NCBI GenBank assembly: GCA_028023455.1
Contig: JAQFVV010000008.1
Coordinates: forward strand, 992,001-1,056,000
DNA: 64,000 nucleotides
Direction: 5' to 3'
Source: Epiperipatus broadwayi
Taxonomy: Eukaryota; Animalia; Onychophora
In this document: in pieces, positions 37,414-51,189 of the stretch
Position numbering within the stretch: the first letter of the stretch is position 1
How the letters are laid out: every line of letters begins with the position of its first letter
Made by a program: the position numbers and the translations under genes
The notes under the pieces: generated by a model
Told to the model about the DNA's origin: nothing
Databases searched by the model: none
Seen by the model: only the letters and a program-made list of their open reading frames with translations

Positions 37414-40183
37414 GTGATATCTATTTGGTTTGCCCTAATATATTTTTCTTTAAGTCCTTCTTATTAATCCCAACATGCAATTTTCCATAATTCACTATCG
37501 GATCTGCAGGCGGTATTGATCTTCCGTTAAATGTGAAGGTCACAGTCAACATATAAACACTGATAAAACTCATATATTAAAGAATTATTTTTAACAAATT
37601 TTCAAACAATGCCTATTTTCTCATATTAATATTAATTAGTCAGAAAACAACAGTATTTTTTTAGTTTGACAGACTACTACAAATACTATCTTTGAATGAA
37701 GTGTTTCAATTTGGCTATCCAATTTTCAATTGGTTATTGCTTGGTTACATCTTGACTGAGCTCAAAATAAAAAAGCATCCATAGAAATAGAAAATCTCAT
37801 TAAACTTTCAATAATTTCATCAAAAAAATCTGTGAAAATTATCTATTATGAGTAAAAAAAAGCCCACAAGTTTTTTTAAAGAAGTTATTATCTTGTCAAC
37901 AGTGTGTTATTTATGAATATGGTACATTATTCCAGAGTAAAAAAAACAGCTAATACTAAGTTTTGTAGCAATTAATCTACTCTTGGATTATTTTTCTGTT
38001 TTCTAATTTTTTATATTTGGAAACTGATACTTTGATCTGATTCACTGTTTTATTTTTTATTTAATTTCTTCTGTGGTTTTAGAGCCTTTTTTTTATTTTT
38101 GGTTTTTTAACTAAGTGCAAGGAGTCTTCATTCATTATGTCATTCATTCATGCTAAACATTTAAGACTCACAATTGTCCAAGCTCATACACTCATAAAAA
38201 TGTTGAAAATGATTTAAAATGTTGTAATCATTTTATATCAATGTGAGATTAACTATGTAAGTTAATTTTAATTTTATTGTTCAATATTGATCTCTAAAAT
38301 AATATAATTAGCAGTAATAATGAACACTTTTTAACAATATACATATATAAATTTTAAATTCAATTAAAGAAAAAATTATTTTAGCATTGTTTTTTTTAAA
38401 ATATATAAAATCTAATTAAACGTACGTTAATTTTTCAAGATTCCATCTGTATATTATTTTAACATGTTTTATATCAAGGAAATTAAACCCATCTTCACCG
38501 ACACATACTTTGCATTCAACATTTTTTTTTTTTTGGTTTAATCATTACCAAAGATAGTTGATCTCTCTGATAACATAACTATTCTTATATAAGAACTATC
38601 TGTACAATCTATTTGATGTTTGCACATGAATTATTAAATAGCCACTCTTATTTTTTAAGAAATCTTATTTCAATTCAGAAAATTAAACACACTCTATATA
38701 TTATTTCAGCTATCACTTTACATTGAAAATTTGAAAGTATTTGAGATTCTTGTCATTTACTAGTGACACCCAATAATTGTTTGTATGTATATAGACTTTA
38801 AAATATATTTTCTTTTTCATTTTTAAAAATAATTAAACTTTTCTTCCAATTATTATTTTATTAAGAAGTATTTGTTTATTGTTTAATCTACTAACAGCAT
38901 CCAAGTCTCAGATGCATATGTTTCAAATGCCCAGATACATTTTCTTTTAGTATTGAATTATTTTATCATTTTTAAAGCATTCTATTCCGTCCAAGTTTAA
39001 TTTTGTGATTAATTTTATCCTATGTGTTTTTTTTATATTTGTAACTTATCTTTTTCTAATTCATGATTATCAATTTTTATTTTATTTTTATTTGTGAAGA
39101 ACCATCAACCATTATTTTAATCTTTTTAATACTTATCTTTAGTCCAATTTCTCTGTTTTATCTAATAATTGTTGTTATATTTTCTGATGCTCTGAAAGTT
39201 TATTTGTAAAAGTAATTACATCATCAGTTAAATCTAAATGCTTTAAATAATCTTCATTTATTTTTATTTCCATATCTTTTCATTTTAATCCATAAAATAC
39301 TCCCCATAAAATGATCTTAACAAATTATAAGTGTCAATATTCCAAATGAAACATTAAAATAGTTAGATATTAACATAACTAATAAAGTAAACTTTGACAA
39401 TCATATTATAAACATTAAATTATTAAATTTCTTGTAGCTGATATATAATCTGAAGTGATTGGTTCATTGAAATGTCATTTTTTACTGATATTTTTGGAAA
39501 AGGTTGCTTTTGTAATAAAGAAGGAGTAGATTTAATTTAATATTATTCATAAAACAACTTTTAAATTATTTTGAAGATATGAATTACCTTGTTGTATACC
39601 ATGCAATCTAATCATTGTAGTTAATTTTGATATTTTTAGAATTTGATAATATCTTGGGTCTATATTTTAATTAGTCGTTTGTAGATCACATCCACTCATT
39701 GCGACAGGATTATTTTTTTTTGTTTTGTAAAAGAAAATTGACAATTTTTTTATATTTTATTTATAGAAAATTCATGTTTAAAACAATATTTGTACTATAT
39801 TTAGTTGAGTTTTGTCTAATATATATTTCAGTACAGAATTCTGAACACTTCCTTGTTAATTTAATCACTCTGTATATTTATGGAATAAATTTGCAATATA
39901 CAAACTATAAAATTGACAATTGATTAAAAATCTATCAGTCAAAAAAATCATTAATAATTTTGATGGTTATTTAAAATATTAATAATTTTATTGTGAAATT
40001 TAGTAAAATCTAGACCAAACTACATTATAATTTTGTATGATATTGCTTTAAACCAATCATTTACTTTTTCAAATATTTCATTTCTGGAAAGTAAATTATT
40101 TTATATTCTACCAAAATAAATAATTAATACAAATAATTTATTATTATTAAGTTTTTATGTTTTTTTTTTTTTTTTAGTTTATA

Positions 40184-40394
40184 ATGGAATTATCTTCTGA
40201 AGGCATTCTTATTCGATTTCGAAATTGTAGAATTTTGCGAAATCATCGAATTATACAAGAAGATTTATGGATACGAAATGGGAAAATTGAAAATCCAGAA
40301 CCTATATTTTATATTGAAAAAATCTATGAAGATTTTCAAATTAATTGTTTTAATGCTATTATAGCTCCAGGATTTATTGATATTCAGATTAATG
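40184..40394 (+). CDS. AMDHD2: N-acetylglucosamine-6-phosphate deacetylase, first coding exon
   Basis: MELSSEGILIRFRNCRILRNHRIIQEDLWIRNGKIENPE...IIAPGFIDIQING matches the amidohydrolase NagA/AMDHD2 N-terminus. Poly-T acceptor AG at 40176-40177; phase-1 donor GTAAAT at 40395. Confidence 0.95.
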
Positions 40395-41223
40395 GTAAAT
40401 GTTTATAAATTCTATGCCATATTTGACTGAAATTTAAATATAACAATTTTTTCTGATTAGATATTTAATGATGAATCTTTGATAGTGTTAATAATGCATA
40501 AATAGTAATGGAGTGATTTTTTTTTTTAAAGAACAATTTAATTATCTATTTTTTTTTTTAATTATTTATTTCAATCTTTACATTTAATACTTTTTTACTT
40601 ATAACATTATTTATTATTCTTTTTTTTTTATTTAATTTTTTTAAAGGGATATGATATATATATATATCTGTATAAATTTAAACAAGAAATACTCTTATGT
40701 TGCGCATTTAATTGTATAAATATTTATTATATCTGCATTATTATTATTTTTTCTATCATTTGATTCTGAAAATTATATATTTATAAGTGCAATATAATGT
40801 GGCAAACATTATTCTATCTAAATTGTTACATTTTAGTTGCTTTGAAATATAATTCTTTATATCATTATTCCATGCTCATTAAATTTTTGATAGCATGATT
40901 TATATATTTCTATACATGTAATTATGGATGTTGTTGACTTACACTGAAGTAACAGAAAATTACTGTCACTTAAATTTTAAAAATTATTTAATTAGTTATA
41001 TTTAAATATTATTTTATAGTTACAAATATTTATAATTTTGTTAAAAAAAAGAGTATAATGGAAATTATTTACAGTTTTTCTTTAAATTTATGCCGTAATT
41101 TGTTGTATATAATATATATAAGATGATAAAAATATTTAAATAAAATAATGCAATATGGGTATATGTAACATGGCAGTTCCTTTGGGCTGATTTGTCAATA
41201 CATTTATAATCAAGCTATACAAT

Positions 41224-42385
41224 ATCATCTTCAATCATTATTAATCCATTGCAGGATGAAAGTCTCTAAGTTTCAATCTAGTCATTCCAATCATTATCTG
41301 CTCTTCTCTATATTTCATCCATCCACCTCACACATAATCTCTTTCTAGATCTTTTATAATTCCTTACAATCCAGTTTAAGACTTCACCTGTCTGCCTCTT
41401 ATTATCTCTTCTAGCAATCTAATCAGTCCAATTTCTTAATTTTCTCAAAAGATGTCAATAATATACTTTCATCCAAGTACTTTGCTTTTGATCCCTTTTT
41501 GTTATTCCCAATATCTCCATACATGTTGATTGATCTAAAGTTTTTATTGCTTTTCTGTTAAGGTACAAGTCTCTGTTCCAAAAATAAAAATTGGTAAAAC
41601 TCATATATTAAAAACCTTCACTTAGACATGTTTTTTTATACAAATAAGTGATTAATTTTATCCATTATATTTTCATCTGTATTATTGACAAAGGTATTTG
41701 TAGTTGTTAACTTTTAATTCATCATTATAAATCTTTTTTTTTTTTTTCTGAAAAAATATATTGAACATTATTTTAGTTTTTTTTAAGCATACATTTATTT
41801 CTGTTTTTTTTTTTTACTTTCATCAATAACTCTTGCAATATTTTCTGAAGCATTATTTACAAAAAGAATTGCATCATCTGAAAAATCTATGTGATATAGA
41901 TAATATTCATAATATTTTTATTTCCTTAGCTTCCCACTTTGATTTACAAAAACTTCTTGTAAATTTGCTGCAAAATGTTTTGGAGATATGATTTTATGTT
42001 TTCTAATAACTAAGTTCTATGTCAAAGCTTTAGTCACTGTGGAAATACTTATAGAATTAAATGCTTCTTCATAATCTATAAATTCAAAGTATTATGGCTC
42101 TTTATAATCATTAGTTCTTTCTGTAATTTCTCTTTCAACACTTGGATGTGATTTACTGTTCTAAAACCATTTTTAAATTCAGTTTGTTTTTTAAGTTAGT
42201 TTGAATTCAAAATTTACTCTATGTAAATCATAATTATTTTGGTCTAAGATTTTGTATAGAAGTCATAGAAGATTGATAGGTTTATAATTTCTAATATCAT
42301 TTTTATCATCTTAAATATCATTATTACTACTGCATTCTTTCCCATTATCTGACTCATCTTTATCATTTAGATATTTGATATATAG
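41224..42385 (-). mobile_element. Decayed 3' copy of the RTE LINE family at 51190-53705, in the intron between the two AMDHD2 coding exons
   Basis: aatccattgcaggatgaaagtctct matches aatccactgcaggatgaaggtctct. Further colinear matches (ttttggagatatg, tgcattctt...atcatttagatatttg). Many deletions. Confidence 0.8.
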
Positions 42386-42529
42386 TATTGCCATAAGAAA
42401 TGATATTTACAGAAAACTAAAGATAACTTTGTGATAAAGTTCATTTTGTAAATGTTGTGACTTTTTTTTTTCAAATGTTAAGATTCTGTGATTTATTATT
42501 ATTAAATTTTAAATATGACTATTTTACAG

Positions 42530-42669
42530 GTGGTTTTGGTGTTAATTTTACTAGCGAATCAAACAACGTAGCAAATGATATTCAGATTGTTGCTAAAGGA
42601 ATTTTAAGTCATGGTGTTACATCATTTTGCCCAACAATTATTACCTCTCCACCTCAGTTATATGAAAAG
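42530..42669 (+). CDS. AMDHD2: N-acetylglucosamine-6-phosphate deacetylase, second coding exon
   Basis: Acceptor attttacag at 42529. Joins in phase to give INGGFGVNFTSESNNVANDIQIVAKGILSHGVTSFCPTIITSPPQLYEK. Phase-0 donor GTAATT at 42670. The next exon (expected LHLEGPF motif) was not found in the window. Confidence 0.96.
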
Positions 42670-43912
42670 GTAATTTTTGTTTTCTGTAATTTATATTTAG
42701 CAATTTGTTATTCTATATTTTATGATTTTACTTAAAATTAATTAATTTCTATGCTGTGTGTGTTATACACATACTATTGGAATTGCATGAGTAATGTTAG
42801 TAGTTATGCAAATTATTTTTGAAGCACTATAAATTTAATGAATTGTTATCATCAATTTACTAAGCTCTTACTATCATAAGTGAAAAGCATATAATATACT
42901 GTTGCTTTTTACAATTCAGTTACATTACAAAGGGAAATATTTAAGTTTTTAATTAATCATTCAAGATCATATTTTAATATAATCTTTTTTATTGTTAATG
43001 TCAACATTTATATTCACAAATCATTTTGACATGAATTATGTATTTTTTATTTTAGCATGAAACTGATTTGTCCATATATTTTAACAAATCCATCATGATT
43101 TCAGATAAATCTTTCTCACCCATTTTAATTATAATGCTTAATAGATTCTGATTGTTTAACATTAAATTTAATCAGTTTTTAAATGCTCTTTGTTGTCATA
43201 ATTGTTCAGTATTTTCAAGCCATATTACTTGTTCTTTTTGATCAATATGTCCATTAAATCAAATTAATTTGTCAATCAAAAAAAATTTGAGATGAACATA
43301 TGTATGTAGTTTTATAATTCTAGCTTTAGACTCAGTTTTTTAATCCATATTACTGTAGTATATATATGATTACCGAATCTATAAAAATGGTAGCATACAA
43401 CTTTAAACAGTAGATATAAGTTCAAACCTTGGATTAAATATTTTATATTACTCTCATTATACTAGATGTATATTGATATTTAAAACTTATTGAATCTTAA
43501 TAGTTTGAACAATATTTATTTTGGATGAATTGTTGCAATTATTCATAAACTTGCTGTCCCTTAAATCAGCATTATGCGATGACTATAATAAAGATAGTAT
43601 TTACTATAAGTACTCATTCAATGATTTTATAAATTATAAGCATGAATTATTTTTTTGACTATAAGATTTACTAATGTTGAGCAGATAATAGATTTGTGGA
43701 TTTATAGTACCAAGCAATTTTATTCAATATATTCATTTATTATGTTTTATTAATCACATTCATTCTATATTATAATTGATTAAATACATCTATATTAATT
43801 AGTAATAACCTGTATATTTATACTTTACGTTTGTCTTCAATATAATAATATTAAATCGTGCTTTCAGATTTCCAATGTAAAGCTATAACAACAAATTGAA
43901 AACTAAATTAAG

Positions 43913-43957
43913 TGGCTGAGTGCTTTCAAGAAGATGTACTTCTTATATTCATAGCCA
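43913..43957 (-). ncRNA. Degenerate minimal hammerhead-ribozyme-like motif in the PLE repeat (second copy on + strand at ~44618-44658)
   Basis: Minus strand reads tggct-atgaata-t-aagaag-tacat-cttctt-gaaa-gcac-tc-agcca: stem I, core, stem II, GAAA, short stem III, UC site. The core differs from CUGANGA at C3 and G8. Confidence 0.4.
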
Positions 43958-44087
43958 GTTATGATCCTTTCTTTGGAATCATTATATAAATAAATCAGGA
44001 TACAGGCGCAATATAGTATATAGCAAAATTAGATGTTTTGTAAATAATATTGGAAAACACAGAGATGAAGACAACAGGCCTTGGATA

Positions 44088-44549
44088 TTGTTGCCCTACG
44101 TGCACTCTTTACATAAAACATTTTATAAGACTTTTTCTAAGGAATTTCATTTGAGTTTTCATACACCTATCTCAACTAATAGGCTTATTAACAACACTAA
44201 GGACACTATAGCTTCTGATCAGACCCCACAGGCGGTGTACAGAGTGGCATGCCCTCATAATGGTTGCAAAGCATCATACTATGGTGAAACGAGAGCCACC
44301 ATAGCTACTAGGATATCACAACACAAGTATAGATACAATAAGGCACATATGAATCCAGAATGCACTTCAATTTTTGCTCAACATCAAAAATTGTCAGGAC
44401 ATGTGTTCAAACCCACATCTGAAAAATTAGTTTGTACTGAGAGGCATGATATTAAGCGAAAGGTAAAAGAAGCATTATTTATAGCAGAGGACTCTTTCAC
44501 CATTAATTGTAAGGATGCATGTTTTGCGATATCTAAAAGATGGTCTTAG
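44088..44549 (+). CDS. GIY-YIG endonuclease domain of a Penelope-like element (153 aa, truncated, no RT)
   Basis: VY...YYGET...R..QH...KEA..I...IN motifs. Confidence 0.8.
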   Translation: MLPYVHSLHKTFYKTFSKEFHLSFHTPISTNRLINNTKDTIASDQTPQAVYRVACPHNGCKASYYGETRATIATRISQHKYRYNKAHMNPECTSIFAQHQKLSGHVFKPTSEKLVCTERHDIKRKVKEALFIAEDSFTINCKDACFAISKRWS

Positions 44550-45486
44550 TGACTCATTTGCATATAATTTGCATATCAGATTTATTTATATAATGATTCA
44601 AAAGAAAGAATCATAACTGGCTATGAATATGAGAAGTACATCTTCTTGAAAGCGCTCAATTTAGTTTTCAATTTGTTGTTATAGCTTTACGTTGGAAGTG
44701 TGAAAGCACGATTTAATATTACTATATTAATTAGGATAATTGATTAAATATTAGTATTAACAGTGGCACACTTAAAAATATCCCAAGTAGTAAGCTATAA
44801 AATTTAATTTATGTATAAAATTAAGTTAACTGATAAAAATGCATGTCATTCACTCTTATCCAAACAATTGTTTTTAAATTTTTTTATTTTGAATTTTAAT
44901 GATTATAGCCAATAAAATGTTTTGATTTCATGAGAAATGACAATAATACATTTCTAATTTACTTAAAGTGATTTATATGCATATTTATTACAAAAGATTT
45001 TTCATTTTAGAAATAGATATGTAATTCTATTTTAATATTCGTTAAAAAATAAATTAATTGTATTAAAAAGGCTTTAAAATTATACATTAATATTCTATGT
45101 TATATTTATAAAAACAGTAGTTAACATATAACTTTGAAATCTTTTAATGCAAAAATTAATTAATAAATAAACAATTCAGACTTTGTATGCTTAAAATTAT
45201 ATTATTAGTATATTTTTTTATTATCCACATACATTAGGTTTTTTTTTTTACTTTTAAAATATTTTTTTTTTAAAATAATAATTAAATATTACAATATTAA
45301 AATAAGCAAAGAACAACAATGAAAAAAAGAGACTAATTTGCAAATAACAAAAGATTAGATTTTATCAAGATATAGTGATATATTTTTTCCTTCCATTTAG
45401 TCTCAATAATTATTAAAACAGTTAATTTCCTTTTTATATAATATTGCATCTATATTATATATATTAAAATTTATACATACTTACAC

Positions 45487-48400
45487 TTTAAAAAAATTAC
45501 AATTTGTAGAGTTTGCATGCATGGTTTTTTGGTGAATATTTATGGATTTTTTTTATTATGTATTCTAAAATGTATAAAAGTCATGTGTAAAATGAATTAT
45601 GAAAAAATTAAAAATAATAATAATAATTGTAAAATTTAAAATTTTATTACAATTCTTTATTGTAAAATAAAATTAACTATTAAATAGAGGGATTCAGTAT
45701 ACTGAATGAATAGGTTAATTAAAATTAATTGTTAATAATACCATGTTGCTATGGAAAACAATTGGAAATGAAAAGGAAACTGATGGTCTGTTTTTAAACA
45801 AAAGAAATCATTTCTTTCTTCATTGTGTTATTACAAGATGGAAGTCAAGAAAATTTTAATGATTATTTAAATAGAGATAATGCAGTTTCAAGGATAAAAT
45901 TTTCAGAGTGCCTCACCCTCTGAAATTTCCACTAGTGTACCTTATTATGGAACTGTAAATAAAAGAATGCCTTAGAAATTAACTTACATTCTACCAGTCT
46001 CTTAATTACTTTTGGACGCTGGAAATATTTGACACTTGATATAAGGAAACTTGTCCTCTAATTAGTTGTCAAACAGAAATACTTTTGTATGAGTAGATTT
46101 ATAAATGTCCTTAATTTCAATATTCTCAGTAATAGGAAAAATTTCATGAATCAAATCACGAGAAATTAAAGTATTAAAATTTGGTTGCAGATATTTAAAA
46201 TATGAGGATTCTTATGGCCATGTGTCTATATTCAAAAGTTAAGGAAATGTGAGCTCACTGAAACATAAATAGGTAACTGATTAAACTTATTATAAACTTT
46301 TTTTTAATGAATTGTTAGTAATAAATAAACATTTTCCCTTTCATTCGTGCTCTTCATACAAATAAATATTTAGATGTAAATATATAAATAGAATTTGTCA
46401 TATTATTCTCATTCTGTTCGTTAATATTTTGTTGCTTGTTTATTTCTCATCCATCATTTAATAATATTTATGTAGAGATGGTGAGGAAATATGACTGGAT
46501 CTGCATAAAGACTTGTCTGTACCCAATCTAGTCATCATCTCTGACTATTCTAAATTAATCAATTAAAAATAAAAATTGTATAGTCACTCCACCATGTATG
46601 TGGTTGCCCATTAGATATTCATACTTTCTCTAGATGAGCTTAATTTGAATATCATATGATTATTATTATATATACACCATTAAATTTAGGGGCATTGTCT
46701 GGGATATTCTCGATCAAAACAAACAGGGATTTAACCCAGTTTAGCTCTAAAATACTTTTTTTTTGTTAGCATTCAAAAAAATAAATTAGCCTTGAAATAT
46801 AGAATATAAATACTGGGTCAGATGAGAAATATGAGAATTTATTTTTGCTGCAAAAATAAATAAATAAATTTATAAGTGTTTATAAACAGTGATGATAATA
46901 GAAATTGGTAGAGATAATAGTAGGCAAATAAATAAACTAATATATTAAGAATAAAATACATTGCAGTGATAGAAAAGCTACATGATGGAAAGAGGGGTAG
47001 GCATTCTAGTTGTCAAATAAATAAAGGAAGAAAAAAATTATTAGAGTTTTTATATATATATGTTTTTAAATTGTTATAGAAAAGTTAGCAGCTAAATTTT
47101 ATTATAATTTTTTATATATGATTACCTGAGCTAAAATGAAAATGGAAGGTTGGGAAATGAAAGTAAGACTCATAATAGTGAGTTTATGAATAGGATTGTG
47201 AATATGTTCACATAAATTATAAAAGAAAATAAAGAGAACATGGAAAGCATGTTCACAGAATTGAAAGATAAAATTGAAAACAAAGTGAAGGACTTAAAAG
47301 CCAAATTGAAAATCAAACAAGAGAGAATAAAAAACGGATAGAACAACTAAGTGAAGAAATAGTAAGTGGGTTGGAAAGTCATTTTTTAGGGTTAGAAAGT
47401 AAGTTTAGTGAAATAAGTTGCAAAGTTAAAAATAATAAAGAAAATATTATTGTAGCTGAGTAAATAAATAGAACTAATTGTGATGTAATTTCAGAACCAC
47501 AAGAGATAGATATGTCTAAAATATATGAAATAGATAAAATTAATGATAATTGCTAGAATGCATTAGTTAAAGCTGATTATGATATTGATAGTCTAAATAA
47601 GTTTAGAGTTGATATAGAAACTTTGGATGTTGGTGGCAGTGTTACAATTTGTCCTGTGTTTGAAAGTATAAATAACATAAATAAAAGCAAATTTGAAAAA
47701 ATTACTAATTTGAAAAATGAATTAGATTACTTAAATATGATAACAATATATGATCAAGAAGAACATTTTAATCAAATTAAATATAATAGTATTTTGATGG
47801 TAATGTGTATAAAATAAAAAGTACCAATAAACTACCAAGATTAAAAGTTAGAGAACCAAAGAAGATACATACAGAGTTAAGGCAAGTAATTAAGCTAGGT
47901 AGATTATCTAAGAAATTATTAGGTTCAGGAATTCATTATATGAGAACAGAAGTAAAAAATAGAGCTAGAAAGCAAGAAATGGAAAATTCATTTTTTTTTT
48001 AATAAATGAGTCAGAGTTACTATAGAGTAAATAAAAGATTCTTCAGGTCATTCCAAGTAAGGCCTGCATATTAATTAAAAAATATTCAGAGAGAGGCAAA
48101 GTTTAATCCTATGAATAAGGATGACCTTTAAGTTGATGACTTTGGACTTGTTAAAAGGGTACATTATATAAGAAAATGGGAAAAATGATTATGTAGTATG
48201 ATGGCTAAATCATGTTGCTTTCTGTATTGATAATGAATGGAGAGATTTTTCATTGTTTTGAGGTTCTGTTTTCATGATACTACAGAGTTCTTATTTCAGC
48301 ACTGTTCTCAACCATTTTATACTTATAGTTATCAATCTGTACGTTTCAAAAGTGAGCCAGACATAATATTATATTTGTCATCCTCTAAGTTTCAAAAGTG

Positions 48401-50133
48401 AGCTAGACATAGTCTTATATTTATCAGACTTTAAGTCTTAAGTATGACCCAAGCTTAATTCTTACAATGTATTGTGTATTAGCCTTTAAGACTCGTAGTG
48501 GAGTTAGGTTTTAGTTAAATGTATTGGCGTTCATTTATATGTGGTTTGTTATATTATATTTGTGCTTGAGATAGCTCTCTTGTTGCTTATGTTACATGAT
48601 ACGGTCATTGTCAGTGGGAGATTTCTTTGTTCATGTCAGCATTGTTGGTGGATAATCAAGTCCAATAAATAATTTTAATGGAATTTATGAAAAGATTATA
48701 TGTATACCAAGTGTAATAGAATTACGCAATATTATTTAAACAAGACATGACATATTGTTTGTTATATTTATACCATCTTGTAATTTTGTTTTAAAGAAGT
48801 GTGGCAAAACGTGATATTATTTTTAAGATTAAATGGAAAAAAAAAATTATTGTAGAAATAAAATTGAGCGATGTTTATATTAAATCAATTCTATTTTATT
48901 TCTAAATGGAGGAGGAGTAAATAATCTCCATGACAGAGTTTACATGCATGAACTTTTTGGTAAATGTATATGCATTTTTTTTATTATGTATTCTAAAATG
49001 TATAAAAGTCATGTGTGTAAAATGAATTATGAAGAAATTTAAAATAATAATAATTGTAAAATTCAAAATTTTATTACAATTCTTTATTGTAAAATAAAAT
49101 TAACCATTAAATAGAGGGATTCAGTATACTGAATGAATAGGTTAATTAAAATTAACTCCATGTTGCTATGGAAAACAATTGGAAACGAAAAGGAAACTAA
49201 TGGTCTGTTTTTAAACAAAAGAAAGGAAATAATTTATTTCTTCATTGTGCTATTACAAGATGGAAGTCAAGAAAATTTTAATGATTATTTAAATAGAGAT
49301 AATGCAGTTTCAGGGAAAAAACCTTCAGAGTGCCTCACCCTCTGAAATTTTCAATAGTGTACCTTATGGAACTGCAAATAAAAGAATGCCTTAGAAATTA
49401 ACTTCCATTCTATCAGTCTTAATTGTTTTCGGACACTGGAAATATGTGACACTTGATATAAGGAAATGTCCTCTTATTAGTTGTCAAAGAGAAATACTTT
49501 TGTATGACTGGATTTATAAATCTGCATAATTTAGGTACTCTCAGTAATAGGAAAAATTTCATGAAACAAAACACGAGAAATTACAGTATTAAAATTTGCT
49601 TGCAGACATTTAAAGTATGAGGATTCTTATGGCCGTATGACTATATTCAAAAGTTAAAGAAACGTGATCTCACTCAAACATCAATAGGTAGCTGAATAAA
49701 CTTATTATAAACTATATTTAGGAATAAGCAAACATTTTTCTCTTTATGTATGCTCTTCATACAAATAAATTTATAATGTAAATATGTAAATACAATTTGT
49801 TATATTATTCTCATTCTGTTCGTTAATATTTTGTTGCATGTTTATTTCTCATCTGAATTCTAATTATATTATTTTACTTTATCTTTTAATACTATTATTA
49901 ATGTGGAGAGGATAACAATCAGGAAGCATGACTGGATCTACATAAAGACTTGTCTGTTATGTGTGCCCAGTCTATTCATTCATTAACTGTGATTATTATA
50001 AATTAATTAGAAATAAAAATTGTCTAGTCACTCCACCATGTATGAGGATGCCCAATAGATATTCATAATTCCCATGGATGAGTTTAATTCATGAATATCG
50101 TATACTTATTATTATATATTTATTTACCAATTA
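45487..50133 (+). mobile_element. Internally deleted gypsy-type LTR retrotransposon with ~1.2-kb LTRs and a tRNA-Pro-like PBS
   Basis: Direct repeats ~45487-46685 and ~48918-50133. taggggcattgtctgggat at 46687-46705 resembles TGGGGGCTCGTCCGGGAT with CpG-type decay. PPT ggaggaggag at 48908-48917. The interior holds a coiled-coil gag remnant (~47140-47450) and integrase-tail-like scraps (~48090-48160). No TSD recognised. Confidence 0.82.
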
Positions 50134-51189
50134 GTATTTTGTTAATTGGTGTAATTATATATATATTGCAATCTTTTTGATATGATGGATTCTCTAAGAC
50201 AACTAGTTTAGTTAAAATTATCAAAATTTTAAATTTAATATAGTTACACAGTAAATATATATATTTTAAAGTAAATATTTATCAAGTATTAGTGTATTTC
50301 ATGTGGGATGAGTTATAGGAGATTAATCAATCACACATTTATTACTAAATAATGTAAATAGGATACATCAATAATACATTGATTAATAATATGATTTTAT
50401 AATTACAGTTATATTTGTTAAAGTCAATAGTATTATTTTAAATTAAGTGTGTGAAAAGTCTTAATGCTGTTACAATTTTATTTGTAACAATTATTGAAAT
50501 TATTTTGCCTTTTTGAAAAATTAAAATTGTTACATTTAAAAGAAGTTGATCAAATATAAATTAATGTGATTAAATATTTAAATTTAATATTATGAATTTA
50601 TACGGGATAAAATAAAGTGTTTAAGAAACTTTATCAATATTTTAAAATATATCAAATATGATATGTGATTTTTTTTGTGAGAAAAAGATAAATAAGTTTA
50701 TTAAATCATCGATTTTGAAGATAGTTTTAAAATAAATACCAATGAGGGTCAAGAGATTGTAAATGTTTACGTCACTGTTTAATAGAGGGGAAAAAACAGA
50801 CAATTTTTTAAAAAAATAAAAAAATAACTATAAGAGTCAGTATTAACATGAAGTTTTTAAATCTATTTAAAGTTTGATTTTGAAATTTCAGAAACATAAT
50901 AAATATTGCTGAATACATATAAGTATAATATATTATTTTATTAATAATAATGGAATAAATCAACAAATACTTCATCAGGAGCAAAGCTTTGACCTCTGCT
51001 ATTCATTCACTTCATGAAAAATACTTTGTTTAAAAACAAAAGTTCTATTATGATTTCAGAAAAACTGCTTCTTTTAGATCAAATATTGGAATATAGATGG
51101 GTTCAAAACTTTGGAACTATTGATGTTTGTTTTACTCATTTTAAAAAGTATTTAAAATTAATCAATTATTGTTTAATAATAGTTATGAT

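Larger units (their letters stand above)
43839..44728 (+). mobile_element. 5'-truncated Penelope-like element: GIY-YIG endonuclease flanked by inverted pseudo-LTR copies
   Basis: Inverted repeats ~43839-43996 and ~44579-44728. ORF 44088-44549 has AVYRVACPHNGCKASYYGETRATIATRISQH...RKVKEALFI...TIN (PLE-type GIY-YIG). Confidence 0.88.

Noticed and set aside
49133-49345. 70-aa ORF
   Set aside because: Lies inside the 3' LTR; the 5' LTR copy has indels that break the frame.
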